A stretch of DNA of 64,000 bases, from assembly GCA_025061115.1 (NCBI GenBank), contig JANZKC010000003.1:32001-96000 (forward strand), in the 5' to 3' direction. The notes under the pieces are model-generated. The model did no database searches, was not told the DNA's origin, and saw nothing but the letters and a program-made list of their open reading frames with translations. Positions 10,113 through 20,196 of the stretch are shown piece after piece. The stretch comes from Candidatus Culexmicrobium cathedralense. GTDB taxonomy: Archaea > Thermoproteota > Methanomethylicia > Culexarchaeales > Culexmicrobiaceae. Both the position numbers and the translations under genes were made by a program. The first letter of the stretch is position 1. Every line of letters starts with the position of its first letter.

Positions 10113-10745
10113 TTGCTTAATTTCCTCGCAGAGGTTGTGGCAATTACTGCTTCAGGCGCTCTTTCTCCAGGTCCATTAACCATAGCTACTATTAGGAGAG
10201 GAATCGAGCATGGTTGGAAAGCAGGTTTTCAAGTATCTATTGGCCATACGATTGGCGAGTTTTCATTAGTCATAGTTTTGGCGCTTGGTTTTTCTAAATT
10301 TTTGATCTTCGATTTTGCTAGAATTATTGTTGGTATTGTTGGAGGAATTGCTTTGGCAATTTATGGTATAATGCAGTTGAGATCTATAAGTAAGGATGAC
10401 TTGGTTCATCCTCATGAAAATTATGATGGTAGTAGTGTTTGGATTGGACTTACCTTTTCAATATTTAATCCATATTTCATAGTGTGGTGGGCTACTGTTG
10501 GATTGAAGTTGATAGCGGATGCTCTTACCTATGCCTCATTTATGGGGATTATTGTTATGTACGTTGCTCACGTTTGGATGGATTATGCATGGCTCATGCT
10601 TTTATCGCACTTGGCATTTGAAGGTAAGCGGCTTTTTAGTGAAAAAGCTTATAGGCTGCTTTTAGTTGGGCTATCTTTAATGATGCTTATTTTCGCTACC
10701 TACTTTATAGTTGATTCTACTCTTATTTTGCTGGCTCAAACCTGA
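10113..10745 (+). CDS. LysE-family translocator
   Basis: SGALSPGP, GH, FNPYFIVWW; start moved to TTG after GAGGTG RBS. Confidence 0.88.
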   Translation: MLNFLAEVVAITASGALSPGPLTIATIRRGIEHGWKAGFQVSIGHTIGEFSLVIVLALGFSKFLIFDFARIIVGIVGGIALAIYGIMQLRSISKDDLVHPHENYDGSSVWIGLTFSIFNPYFIVWWATVGLKLIADALTYASFMGIIVMYVAHVWMDYAWLMLLSHLAFEGKRLFSEKAYRLLLVGLSLMMLIFATYFIVDSTLILLAQT

Positions 10746-11832
10746 TTTCATGATCGAAATAATCTTGCAATTTTTCTTTTAGAGCATTCTTCCTTCTATT
10801 GTGTTGCTCCAGAATATTTATGAGAGCATTTGCCAGCATTTCCTTGCATCTCCCACATATCAATTCTCCTGCAACGCACTTTTCCACATGTTTTTTGGCT
10901 TCATTCTCATCTGGAAACACGTATACTGTTAACCACTCGAAAACAACGCACTTATTCGGTTCTCCTCCAAGTTCCCTCTGCTCCTTAACTGTCGGCCTTC
11001 CGCCAGTAAATGCGTTCCAGACCTTCTTTTTAATGATCTCTGGCGTGTCATTGGTGAATATGCATGTTTCTGGCTTTGAAGCTGACATGGGCTCTCCAGT
11101 TAATCCCTTTAAGTATTTTGTGTAGATTGACGCTGGCTTGAACACCTTAATTTTACCAGCGATGTCTCGTGTTAATCTCATGTACGGATCCTGATCCATT
11201 GCAATAGGCACTACTACTGGATATCCATATTTTATTGTTGGCATAAGAATGTGTGCTGCTTGAACTGCAGCGTAAAATACAACTCCTGGATTTGCACTTT
11301 CATTCAATCCGAAGGTTGCTCTGACAGTGCTGTATGTCAAGTGTCTTGAAAGCTTTATGGATAATGGGTATACCCAGCTTGTTCGAGATGATATATACAT
11401 GTGAGTTTTTGATGGATCATAGCCTAGAGCGGCTATGTCAAGTGCATTGTCTATTGCATATTTATACGCCTCTTCAAGGCTGCCTACCTTTTCAAAGACG
11501 AACTTTTCATCATCTGATAGTGGTATAAAGACTTCAGCGTTCAGCTCTTTTTGCAGCCATCGAATGAAGTCGAATACTATTAGGTGTCCTAAATGCATGT
11601 AATTTGATGGTCCTCTTCCAGATACTATTGCTACTTGCTTTCCGCTCTTGAACTCTTTTAAGTACTCATCGAAGTCTCTATGTGCAAAGAAGAATCCAAA
11701 TTTAACTAATTTATATTTCTCCTTAAATATGTCTAAAATTTCTAAATTCAAAGGTTTGGCGCCGAATTCTTTAATTAGCTTTTCATAGTCTGCTTTTTTC
11801 TTTAATCCCTCAATCTCTCCAAACGCGACCAC
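10723..11832 (-). CDS. trpS: Tryptophanyl-tRNA synthetase (archaeal/eukaryal type)
   Basis: GRGPSNYMHLGH, SDDEK, DQDPY, AFTGG, C-terminal CGRCK; KMSAS loop reads PMSAS. Confidence 0.9.
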   Translation of the reverse strand: MVAFGEIEGLKKKADYEKLIKEFGAKPLNLEILDIFKEKYKLVKFGFFFAHRDFDEYLKEFKSGKQVAIVSGRGPSNYMHLGHLIVFDFIRWLQKELNAEVFIPLSDDEKFVFEKVGSLEEAYKYAIDNALDIAALGYDPSKTHMYISSRTSWVYPLSIKLSRHLTYSTVRATFGLNESANPGVVFYAAVQAAHILMPTIKYGYPVVVPIAMDQDPYMRLTRDIAGKIKVFKPASIYTKYLKGLTGEPMSASKPETCIFTNDTPEIIKKKVWNAFTGGRPTVKEQRELGGEPNKCVVFEWLTVYVFPDENEAKKHVEKCVAGELICGRCKEMLANALINILEQHNRRKNALKEKLQDYFDHEIRFEPAK

Positions 11833-11936
11833 CCATCACCACTGCACCTCTTATTTTATGCAATTAAATAGATATGTACTATAGTTAAATGTTTTTTGAA
11901 ATTAATAGGTTTGTGTGCAGGGTGAGGTGAGAGATT

Positions 11937-12314
11937 ATGGTTAAGGTAATATATAAACCGATAAAGGAGGTAGTGATTTTCGAGTGCGTCTACTACCCAA
12001 ATTTGGAGCTATTTACTCGAAACTTGAGAGTCTTGATGAGGCTTGGGCAACCAGTACTCCTTGCTTGGGCTGAAGGCATCCTATTTACGCACACTTCCCT
12101 ATCGCCTGCAACTGATAAAGTAGTAAGTGAGCTCATGGAAGGAAGGGTATTTTGGCCATCAGTAGCGTACACCGTCTTGCCCAAATATCAACCAGTAATT
12201 AAAGTCAATGCACTAGAAATACATGTTGTGGACGTTTCACTGAATCCAGTTTTAAGGGAAGTTGCGATTTGGCTTAAAAATAGGATTAATCAGTTTAGAA
12301 TAAATTCGCAGTGA
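11937..12314 (+). CDS. Hypothetical archaeal protein
   Basis: Strong GGTGAGGTGA RBS; protein-like 125-aa composition. Confidence 0.7.
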   Translation: MVKVIYKPIKEVVIFECVYYPNLELFTRNLRVLMRLGQPVLLAWAEGILFTHTSLSPATDKVVSELMEGRVFWPSVAYTVLPKYQPVIKVNALEIHVVDVSLNPVLREVAIWLKNRINQFRINSQ

Positions 12315-12470
12315 AAAATTTTATTTCGCTTGAACTTCGCATAATCGGCGTGTTCAAATTTTTGAATGTAAATTTTTGCATCTTTCTAATAATGTTAAAA
12401 ATTAGTTAAACATCAAATGAAATAAATATTCGTTAGCCCACACGTAGCTCGGTGAATTTAAATTATTAGA

Positions 12471-13224
12471 ATGAGTAGGTCTGCTGCTATTTCTCTTGTT
12501 ACTATATTACTAATAGTTTCACTACTAGGAATGGTTATCTCCACATGACTAGCACGTAATAAACTTACTTTTAATCAAAGTTCGCAAGAAAGCGAAAAGC
12601 CTCATATAAGTACTATAACTGTTACAGGACAAGCATCCATCTATGCATATCCAGATCAAGCTGAATTGGTTATATCAATTATCACCCAAGCTAAATTAGC
12701 CGATGAAGCTGTCAAGGAAATTCAGCTAGGACAAGCGATGCCGTAGACGCTTTAATTAAATTAGGAATTTCAAAAAGCGATATTGAGATAATTCGATATT
12801 CTCTAGTTCCCATATACTACTATTCGTCTAAAGTAACATTGATAACTGGTTATAAATTTATCTACGAACTTTAAATAACAGTCCAACCCATCGATATTCT
12901 AGGCAAAGTGATGGATGAATCTGTAACTGCAGGTGCAAATAGAATTTCCTACATAGTATTTAAGCCGTCGGAAGAAAGCTCAAAGAGCTAAGAAATGAAG
13001 CATTGCGAAAAGCTTTAGAAAATGCAGTTGAAAAAGCCAATATAATGGCTGAAGTACTTAACATTCATTTGACTAGAGTTCTTCAAGTAACTGAAAACGT
13101 ATTTCAACCAAGTTGGAAACATTATTACGTTGAATATGGTGTGGTTGAAAGTGAAACCCCAATAATTCCAGGAGAATTCAAAGTAACTGCAAACGTGCAA
13201 GTAGTCTTCGAAACTTCTAGTTAA
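12471..13224 (+). pseudogene. SIMPL (DUF541) family pseudogene
   Basis: Signal peptide, then ITVTGQAS..PDQAEL, AGANRI, KALENAVEKA and PGEFKVTANVQVVF. Broken by TGA 12546, frameshift ~12720, TAA 12872 and frameshift ~12977. Confidence 0.85.
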
Positions 13225-13347
13225 AATTTAGGTTCTTCTTATTATATTCTTATATTTTTTACTTAATTATTTAAATTGAGGCTGAAATATAAATTTTTTA
13301 TTTGATAACTGCTAGGATCTGATGGGCGCTAGCCAACGACTTGAAAC

Positions 13348-14157
13348 TTAATTATTAAGTTTTTTCATTAATGTGCTAGCGAGAATTTCAAGTTTATCTT
13401 TAAACTCGCAATTGAATTCCTTTGAAGCTTCAAGAGCTGCATTTAAGATTACCTTGCTCCATTTAGGTGTAATTTTAAGCAAATATTTTTCAATTTTAAT
13501 TAAATTTTTCCGATGAATTTTAGTTGCGGGTAAAGCGCACATAACTACCTTTAATATTGAAGCGAGAGCCAAGGCTCTATAGCTCAAATTTAGCTCACTT
13601 AAATTATAAACATCAAATTCATTTTCAGAAGGAATTAAAAGAAAATTTATGTATGCAAGCTGGTCCTCGATAAAATTTAATTTTATTAAGAACTCAGTAA
13701 CCTCATAGTCTTTTATGCCAATGGAAAGCAGGTAAGCTATTTTTTGAGATATTTCATAATTAAATTTTTTCAGGGATTTTGGAATTGTAAATAAATAGTA
13801 TTTCAAATCGCCGTGGAGTATTGAGTGAGCGGCTTCATGTCTTATGCAGCCGATGTAAGCTTTTTTAGGCATTTTCATCTTGGCATCTATGGAAACCATT
13901 ATTCTTGGATTTCCCAACCAAGCGTCATGTGTGGCATAGAATTCTTCAATTTCCCATAAAATAGGCATTCCATGTTTAATTCTCTCAGAATTTAAAAATG
14001 AGATCATCGAGCTTCTGCTTTCGAATATATATAAGTCAACAATAGAGGGTTTTCTCCCAGCTTGCTCAAAGCATTCTAGAATAACATTAAGTATCTCGTT
14101 AACTGATTTATCATCAACTTTCCCAAATCTTTTTACAATGATTTTACCGTTAACCAC
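13348..14157 (-). CDS. Hypothetical protein with HExxH zincin motif
   Basis: RHEAAH followed by KDYEV; no signal peptide. Confidence 0.7.
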   Translation of the reverse strand: MVNGKIIVKRFGKVDDKSVNEILNVILECFEQAGRKPSIVDLYIFESRSSMISFLNSERIKHGMPILWEIEEFYATHDAWLGNPRIMVSIDAKMKMPKKAYIGCIRHEAAHSILHGDLKYYLFTIPKSLKKFNYEISQKIAYLLSIGIKDYEVTEFLIKLNFIEDQLAYINFLLIPSENEFDVYNLSELNLSYRALALASILKVVMCALPATKIHRKNLIKIEKYLLKITPKWSKVILNAALEASKEFNCEFKDKLEILASTLMKKLNN

Positions 14158-14338
14158 ATCTACATCATGTTTAGTAGCTTAAATTTTAACTTTCCCGCTT
14201 AACGTAAAATAGCGAAATATGCCGCTTAGGTTTATATGCAAGTTGAGAGCATTAAATTTTGAAAACATAGCATTGAAACTCCTATCCTGACAATTTAAAT
14301 TGGATATGCGTGGAATTAGATGATCAAGCAATTTCACA

Positions 14339-15676
14339 TTGATGTTGCGGGCATGTTCGGAGGTTCAATTATTGCAGTGTGGGAAGAATAAGCCTCTTGA
14401 AGTCATTATTGATAAAGGATGCACTTTAATGGTAGAGGGCCCCTCAACAATTGTTTTAAAATCTGGTGAAGTTGAAGTTTTTGGCGCAAAATTTAAGGAA
14501 GGCTGCAACTTTGAAGTTGAACTTTTCAAGTCTCTCCCTATTTATGCAATCAGGAAAAGCAAAGCTGAAATTTATGGCGGTAAGGCATCTCTCGTTCCGT
14601 GCGACACAATTCCCTCTGACTGGAGGAAGCTGCCTTCAAAATTGGGATTTAGAAAAAGAGGATTTAGAAAAGTTGTAGTTTTAGGTGGAATTGACGTAGG
14701 CAAGACAGGGCTCATAACCTTTTTAGCTAATAAACTTTGCAGTCGCGGTTTAAAAGTTGGCGTAATTGATGCTGATGTTGGTCAAAGCGACATTGGACCG
14801 CCAACAACAATTGGTTTAGGAGTAGTTGATGAGCCCATATCTTCGCTAAGCTGTGCGCGCTTTGTAGACGCAGTATTTATAGGACTTACATCCCCTGCTG
14901 CCCTACTTCACAGAGCAATTGCAGCTGTCATCCAGCTAATTAAAGTGGCATCAGATCGAGAGAAATGCAATGTAATTCTTATCGACACTACAGGCTGGAT
15001 CGACAGTAAAGGGAGAGACTATAAAATTCATAAAATATCTGCAATCTCGCCGGACTTCATAGTCGGAATTCAGCATAGAGATGAGCTGGAACCAATATTA
15101 AAATGGGCTGAAAGGCAATATCAAGTATTAAGAGTGCCTGCCGCTTCATATGCTAGACCCAGAACTAAAAGTGAAAGGAAAGCCATTAGAGAGTCAATTT
15201 ATAAGCGATGGTTTAAAGGTGCTACAGTTAAAGAGCTAAGCTTCGACAAGATAGCGCCAATTGGAACAACTCTATTTACTGGCACACCCATACCAAAACT
15301 GTTGCTAGATCACCTATGCAAAAATAGCGGAATGAATATCGTTTATGGCGAAAAAACTTCGGAAATGCTAATTCTGGTAGTGGATGGCGGGAGAGCAAAT
15401 GATGACCTCAAAAGTAAATTAGCTAAAGCATTCAACATTCAGAGAGTACAAGTCTGTCAATCTTCATTATTTAAGAATTTACTTGTCGCCTTCCAAAGCA
15501 AGGACAAGTTATTTGAAGGTCTAGGAATTATTGTAGATGCCGACTTTAAGAAACGCAAATTTAAAGTATTAACAAAAGTTGATTTAGAAAAAGAATTGAT
15601 AATGAACTTCGGCTACATAAAAATAAATTCAAATACTTTTGAAGAGGAAGAGTGGCTAAGAACCATTTTACCTTAA
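14339..15676 (+). CDS. Clp1/Grc3-family polynucleotide 5'-hydroxyl kinase
   Basis: Walker A GGIDVGKT, DADVGQSDIGPPTTIG, IDTTGW, RKAIRE. Confidence 0.9.
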   Translation: MMLRACSEVQLLQCGKNKPLEVIIDKGCTLMVEGPSTIVLKSGEVEVFGAKFKEGCNFEVELFKSLPIYAIRKSKAEIYGGKASLVPCDTIPSDWRKLPSKLGFRKRGFRKVVVLGGIDVGKTGLITFLANKLCSRGLKVGVIDADVGQSDIGPPTTIGLGVVDEPISSLSCARFVDAVFIGLTSPAALLHRAIAAVIQLIKVASDREKCNVILIDTTGWIDSKGRDYKIHKISAISPDFIVGIQHRDELEPILKWAERQYQVLRVPAASYARPRTKSERKAIRESIYKRWFKGATVKELSFDKIAPIGTTLFTGTPIPKLLLDHLCKNSGMNIVYGEKTSEMLILVVDGGRANDDLKSKLAKAFNIQRVQVCQSSLFKNLLVAFQSKDKLFEGLGIIVDADFKKRKFKVLTKVDLEKELIMNFGYIKINSNTFEEEEWLRTILP

Positions 15677-15825
15677 TATTGGATAATATATTTTCTGTGA
15701 TATGCCCAGCGAACTTTGGAAGGTCAATATCGGAGAGGAATGGCCAATTTATTATGTGCCAAATGAGGGATTTCGAAATGAAGTAGATGAAGAATTGAAA
15801 GATCTCTCTGAGCTTAAAGAGGAAA

Positions 15826-16599
15826 TTATCTAAGCATAGAATGAATTTCTTTAAGCACTTTCACAGCACTTTCTTTGTTGTTTTTATAGAAATCCTTTTT
15901 CCATCTCCCAGCTCTTGGAGATGGATTTGGGAAAACTGCTACCTTACACTCCGCCAATTCTTCTAGTACTAAAAATGAAGGTCTGTCACCCTCGAGAAGT
16001 TTCTTCACCGTAAGCAATCCTCGTCCTCTAACTACCTCTTCTAATTGCATTTTAACAGTTTCCCTATACCCTTTCTTGAAAAGCCTCCTCAAAGCTTCTG
16101 AAGATGCACATATAATCAGTTCCGGTCTAATTTTGCTCAATTCTTTGGGAAAAGAGTAACAAAAACACCTGTCCATAGCCATTCTCTTATCTCTACCTTT
16201 TAGACATTTAAGGGTCTTCTTAAACACATGAGTCCAATAAACTTTCCTTAAGAAGATTTCAGCCCAATCATCCCTCAATTCATCTGAGAAAATGGGCTTA
16301 AATGTGCAATAGATGAAATCAAATATGTTTCTAGGCCATAACTTTCTCCTTGCATTAGGAATTTCTGCCGCCTTAACTAATCCACATAGAAGATCATTTT
16401 CAATGAATTCCTCTAATCTACTAACTCCCGGTCTAGGGTAATTGTAGGGAGACTCGGATATGAACATGACTTTCTGATGCAAAACGGGGAATATCAACGC
16501 AGGCTTATTAGACAGATAGCAATCGCAGCCTTTGCAGATTTCCTCCTTCCATTCTCTAGCTATTTCAACAAGCTTTCCAACCCTAACCATAAAAACCAC
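15826..16599 (-). CDS. Uracil-DNA glycosylase superfamily protein (divergent)
   Basis: N-terminal CKGC, VMFISESP (motif A-like), YWTHVFK, IRPELII, FPNPSP (motif B-like). Confidence 0.6.
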   Translation of the reverse strand: MVFMVRVGKLVEIAREWKEEICKGCDCYLSNKPALIFPVLHQKVMFISESPYNYPRPGVSRLEEFIENDLLCGLVKAAEIPNARRKLWPRNIFDFIYCTFKPIFSDELRDDWAEIFLRKVYWTHVFKKTLKCLKGRDKRMAMDRCFCYSFPKELSKIRPELIICASSEALRRLFKKGYRETVKMQLEEVVRGRGLLTVKKLLEGDRPSFLVLEELAECKVAVFPNPSPRAGRWKKDFYKNNKESAVKVLKEIHSMLR

Positions 16600-16890
16600 C
16601 GCGATATCATTATAAAATGCTAATATTAAATTAATATATCTAAGTAATTAATAATTTTATTTAACTTATTAATTTTTAGCTTACTAATTAACTATTTATA
16701 TAATCTTCACTAGATTTTTAATATGCATCGTTAAGGCGTCAAGATCTATGTTATAAAACTCACCATTATCTAAAAAACACTAATCAGGTCATAGTTAATC
16801 CAGCAACTTTCTTCTCCAATCCTGAGAGCTAACGGGTTAACTTGAGGAAAATTTTAAGCATAAATGAACTTAGTTTCATAAGGTGATGAA

Positions 16891-17637
16891 ATGGTGGTTG
16901 AAAAAATCTACTTAAACGACTCCTATGCTAAGGAGTTTGAAGCTACTGTTTTAAAGGTGGAGGATAAGGGAGGAAACATTTGCTTTGTAATTTTAGATAG
17001 AACTGCATTTCACCCAACTGCTGGCGGCCAGCCTCACGATACTGGATTCATCATAGGCTTGAATGGAAAAATGAACGTAACTGACGTGTATGAGGATGAT
17101 TCGGGCAATGTTATTCATGAAGGGGTAGTTGAAGGGTCGATTGCAGTTGGCGATAAGGTTAGAGGTCAAATAAACTGGGATAGGCGATATAGGTTAATGA
17201 GAATGCATACGGCTGCTCACATATTAATTCAAGCTGTCAGGGATTATTTCAGGTCGCCGGTTAGGTGCGTTAGTGCAGGTAAAAGCTTAGATCGAGGAAG
17301 GCTTGATTTTCAAGCAAAAATAAGTAGGGAAATGCTTCCAGAAATAGAGTCGATTGCAAATAGCGTGGTTTCCGAGGATAGACGGGTTATAATAAAGTAC
17401 ATGGCTCCTAGCGATGCTGTCAATTACTTGAAGAAGTATCATGAAAGCATTGATTTATATGCAAGGAAATATGCTTTGCCAGAAAAGATTAGAATTATTG
17501 AAATTGAGGGCTGGTATGCCATTCCATGTGGAGGTACACACGTTAAGAGGACTGGCGAAGTTGGTAGAATTAAGCTTCTTAAGAGAGCTAGCAAGGGTAA
17601 GGGTGTGGTTAGAATAGAGTACACAGTTGAACCTTGA
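16891..17637 (+). CDS. alaXM: AlaX trans-editing protein (AlaX-M)
   Basis: LDRTAFHPTAGGQPHD, HTAAH, CGGTHV. Confidence 0.92.
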   Translation: MVVEKIYLNDSYAKEFEATVLKVEDKGGNICFVILDRTAFHPTAGGQPHDTGFIIGLNGKMNVTDVYEDDSGNVIHEGVVEGSIAVGDKVRGQINWDRRYRLMRMHTAAHILIQAVRDYFRSPVRCVSAGKSLDRGRLDFQAKISREMLPEIESIANSVVSEDRRVIIKYMAPSDAVNYLKKYHESIDLYARKYALPEKIRIIEIEGWYAIPCGGTHVKRTGEVGRIKLLKRASKGKGVVRIEYTVEP

Positions 17638-17778
17638 GCAACCTTTTAAATGTATTTAAAATTCTTTAAAATGATTTTTCTCCTTTAATATTTCCACGCT
17701 TTTGTAGAAATCGCATTTTACTACTATTTCTTTATGCGATATTGTTTTCCCTAGCTTACTGCACTTCCAAGTCTTATT

Positions 17779-18018
17779 TTATTTAATTGCATATGCGCAT
17801 GAGTGGCATAGCGATTTTTCTGCCTTTAGCTTGTATTTCGATGCGAGGTTAGTTGGTGATAAGCGAACTGCTTCTCCGCATTTTTCGCAGTATAGTATTG
17901 AAATTTGGAGTTGGGGTGGAGGTGCTAATATGAATGTATTCATGGATGGGAACTTGGATGCGTCTAGCTTTAGTTTTCCTCCGCATCTTGGGCATTTTAA
18001 TTCTGATTTTTCCGTCAA
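17779..18018 (-). CDS. Small Cys-rich (Zn-ribbon) protein
   Basis: CPRC, CEKC, CHSC; TTG start overlaps the speE stop. Confidence 0.55.
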   Translation of the reverse strand: MTEKSELKCPRCGGKLKLDASKFPSMNTFILAPPPQLQISILYCEKCGEAVRLSPTNLASKYKLKAEKSLCHSCAYAIK

Positions 18019-18899
18019 TGCTCCAAATAATCTTTTAATGTTTCTCTTAAATATTGCAGGGCAATGTGAACCTTTGGCGTGTAAAACTTTGTTCTCAAGT
18101 TTCTTTCACTAAACCTCTCCGAGACTTCCTCTAGGGTCATGCTCATTGCGTTGTGTTTATCTGAGCCAAAGGCGAACGCCCATTGATTGGCGAATGATGG
18201 TATGTAAACCGCGTAGAAATCCACTATTTTGAATAGCTTCTTGAAATCCGAAGTTATCTTTCGTAGAGCTCCTGGATGCTGCTGTAAGCCTAGGGCTTGC
18301 GTTACAAGTATCCCCTCCTCGCTTAGAATATCCTTTGTTATTTTATAGAAGTCGACGGTGTAAAGGGGGACTGCCGGACCTATGTCGTCCGTTACATCCA
18401 TGAAAATTACATCGAATTCTTCATTTACCTCTTTAACGTACTTAAGCCCATCTTCAATAACTATTTGAGCTCTTGGGTCTTCGAAGGCTCCTTGAGGTAC
18501 AAATGGCATGTACTTCTTTACGACTCTGATCACTTCCTCATCAATTTCCACTAGAACTGCTTTTTCAACTGTTGGGTGTTTTAAGACTTCCCTCAGTGCC
18601 CCTCCATCTCCGCCTCCAATTATTAGAATTTTTCTTGGACATGGATGACTTATCATTACTGGATGCACAAATGATTCGTGATATATGTGCTCATCTTTCT
18701 CGCATATTTGTGTGCTGTGGTCTAGGTGGAGAGCAAGTCCGAAGTCGTAAGATTCAATGACTTCAATGAGCTGATACTTCGATTTTCCGGAATAAACTAT
18801 CGATTTAACTCTTTCGACCGTGTGCGCGTTTGGAGTCATGGGTTCAAGATAAAAAAGCTCTCCATCAATTTCAGTTAGACCACTTTTGATTTTCATCAT
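18015..18899 (-). CDS. speE: Polyamine aminopropyltransferase (spermidine synthase family)
   Basis: SKYQ, DEHIYHE, IIGGGDGG, VEID, EDG, DVTD. Confidence 0.93.
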   Translation of the reverse strand: MMKIKSGLTEIDGELFYLEPMTPNAHTVERVKSIVYSGKSKYQLIEVIESYDFGLALHLDHSTQICEKDEHIYHESFVHPVMISHPCPRKILIIGGGDGGALREVLKHPTVEKAVLVEIDEEVIRVVKKYMPFVPQGAFEDPRAQIVIEDGLKYVKEVNEEFDVIFMDVTDDIGPAVPLYTVDFYKITKDILSEEGILVTQALGLQQHPGALRKITSDFKKLFKIVDFYAVYIPSFANQWAFAFGSDKHNAMSMTLEEVSERFSERNLRTKFYTPKVHIALQYLRETLKDYLEH

Positions 18900-18996
18900 G
18901 ATAGTTAAAGGTAAGCTATGTAATATAACTCTTGCCTAGGGACTCGAATCGTTAGCCCTTCAGGTTGAAATAAAAATGTGGTAGCTGGGTGAGCAC

Positions 18997-20073
18997 TCAC
19001 TCTCCAAATATGAGCCACTTTCCATCTTTCATGACTAATTTGCCGTCAAAGTATATTTCACCGCCTTTGCGAAGGTCTTTAATCATATCCCAGTGGATTG
19101 CTGACTCATTTTTGCTTAGAGTCGCCTTGTATCCTCTACCTAAGGCTAAGTGTATTGTCCCTCCTATTTTCTCGTCAAATAAAATGTTTTTCACTGGCCT
19201 AGTTATGTTATAATTTAATCCAATTCCAAATTCTCCTATTCGTTTGGCTCCTTCATCCGTGTCGAGCATTTTCTTTAGGAACTTTTGGTTTTTAGTTGCT
19301 TTTGCTTCAACTACAGCTCCATTCTCAAATTTCAAGGTTATGTCTTCGACGACATTCCCAAGTCTTACTGCTGGAACATCGAATCTGATATATCCATTTA
19401 CGCTGTCTTCAACGACGCTTGTGTAAACTTCGCCGTCCGGCATGTTTCTTTTGCCGTCGGCTACAAGCGCATTTCTTCCCTTTATGCTGAATTCTAGTTC
19501 AGTGTCGTCGCTAACAATTTTCACCTCGTCTGTTGAGTCAAGGAGCTCCTTTATCTTCTGCATTTTTTCAGACATAGCTCTCCAGTCAACTAGGCATGCG
19601 TTGAAGACGAAGTCTTCAAATTCTTCAAATGACATTTCTGCTTCCTGTGCTAGAGCGTTGGTTGGATAGTAGAATACGACCCACCTTGTTTTTTCAACTC
19701 TCCAGTCTCTTATTGGTCTAAGAACTTTAAGCCTTGCGCTTATTCTTCCTGGATCTATGTTGATGAGCTCTCTAAGATTTGTTGGCGCTCTAATGGCGAA
19801 GTAGACGTCTGTATGCTGAATTTCATAGTATTCGTGCTCGGGAAACCAATTTATTTGATTATCAGTTGCATATTTATAGAATATGTAATCTGCTAGTGGC
19901 AAATCTATTTTAATCCATGGGTGAGCTCCTCTTAAAATCGACAGCCTATAGATTTCCAGAGCTAAATCCTTAGCTTCAAGCCCAGCGTGAATGAGTACTC
20001 TGTCCCCTTCTTTTATCTCCGTCGAGTAGTCCACAAGTATTTCTGCAACCTTCCTTAATCTCTCATCAACCAT
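18997..20073 (-). CDS. M29 thermophilic metallo-aminopeptidase
   Basis: NMPDGEVY, GEFGIG, LFDEKIGGTIHLALG, NESAIHWD. Confidence 0.93.
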   Translation of the reverse strand: MVDERLRKVAEILVDYSTEIKEGDRVLIHAGLEAKDLALEIYRLSILRGAHPWIKIDLPLADYIFYKYATDNQINWFPEHEYYEIQHTDVYFAIRAPTNLRELINIDPGRISARLKVLRPIRDWRVEKTRWVVFYYPTNALAQEAEMSFEEFEDFVFNACLVDWRAMSEKMQKIKELLDSTDEVKIVSDDTELEFSIKGRNALVADGKRNMPDGEVYTSVVEDSVNGYIRFDVPAVRLGNVVEDITLKFENGAVVEAKATKNQKFLKKMLDTDEGAKRIGEFGIGLNYNITRPVKNILFDEKIGGTIHLALGRGYKATLSKNESAIHWDMIKDLRKGGEIYFDGKLVMKDGKWLIFGE

Positions 20074-20196
20074 TTACATCACCACAAATACCTCTATCAA
20101 AATCAGATTTAACTTTACTTATAAAATCGTCAGCTGTAATGGCTAGCTATTAACATCCCAATCTTTATAAAACTTCTAGGTCGCATAATGTGAGAG

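Noticed and set aside
12546-12548. In-frame TGA as possible selenocysteine/readthrough
   Set aside because: The same gene has a further stop and two frameshifts, so it is a pseudogene
16600-16720. Very AT-rich tract as a possible replication origin (similar tracts at ~23610-23800 and ~63710-63830)
   Set aside because: No ORB-like repeats and no cdc6/orc1 gene
18931-18962. Minus-strand TTCGAGTCCC, like a tRNA T-arm, upstream of speE
   Set aside because: No cloverleaf can be built; only a weak hairpin
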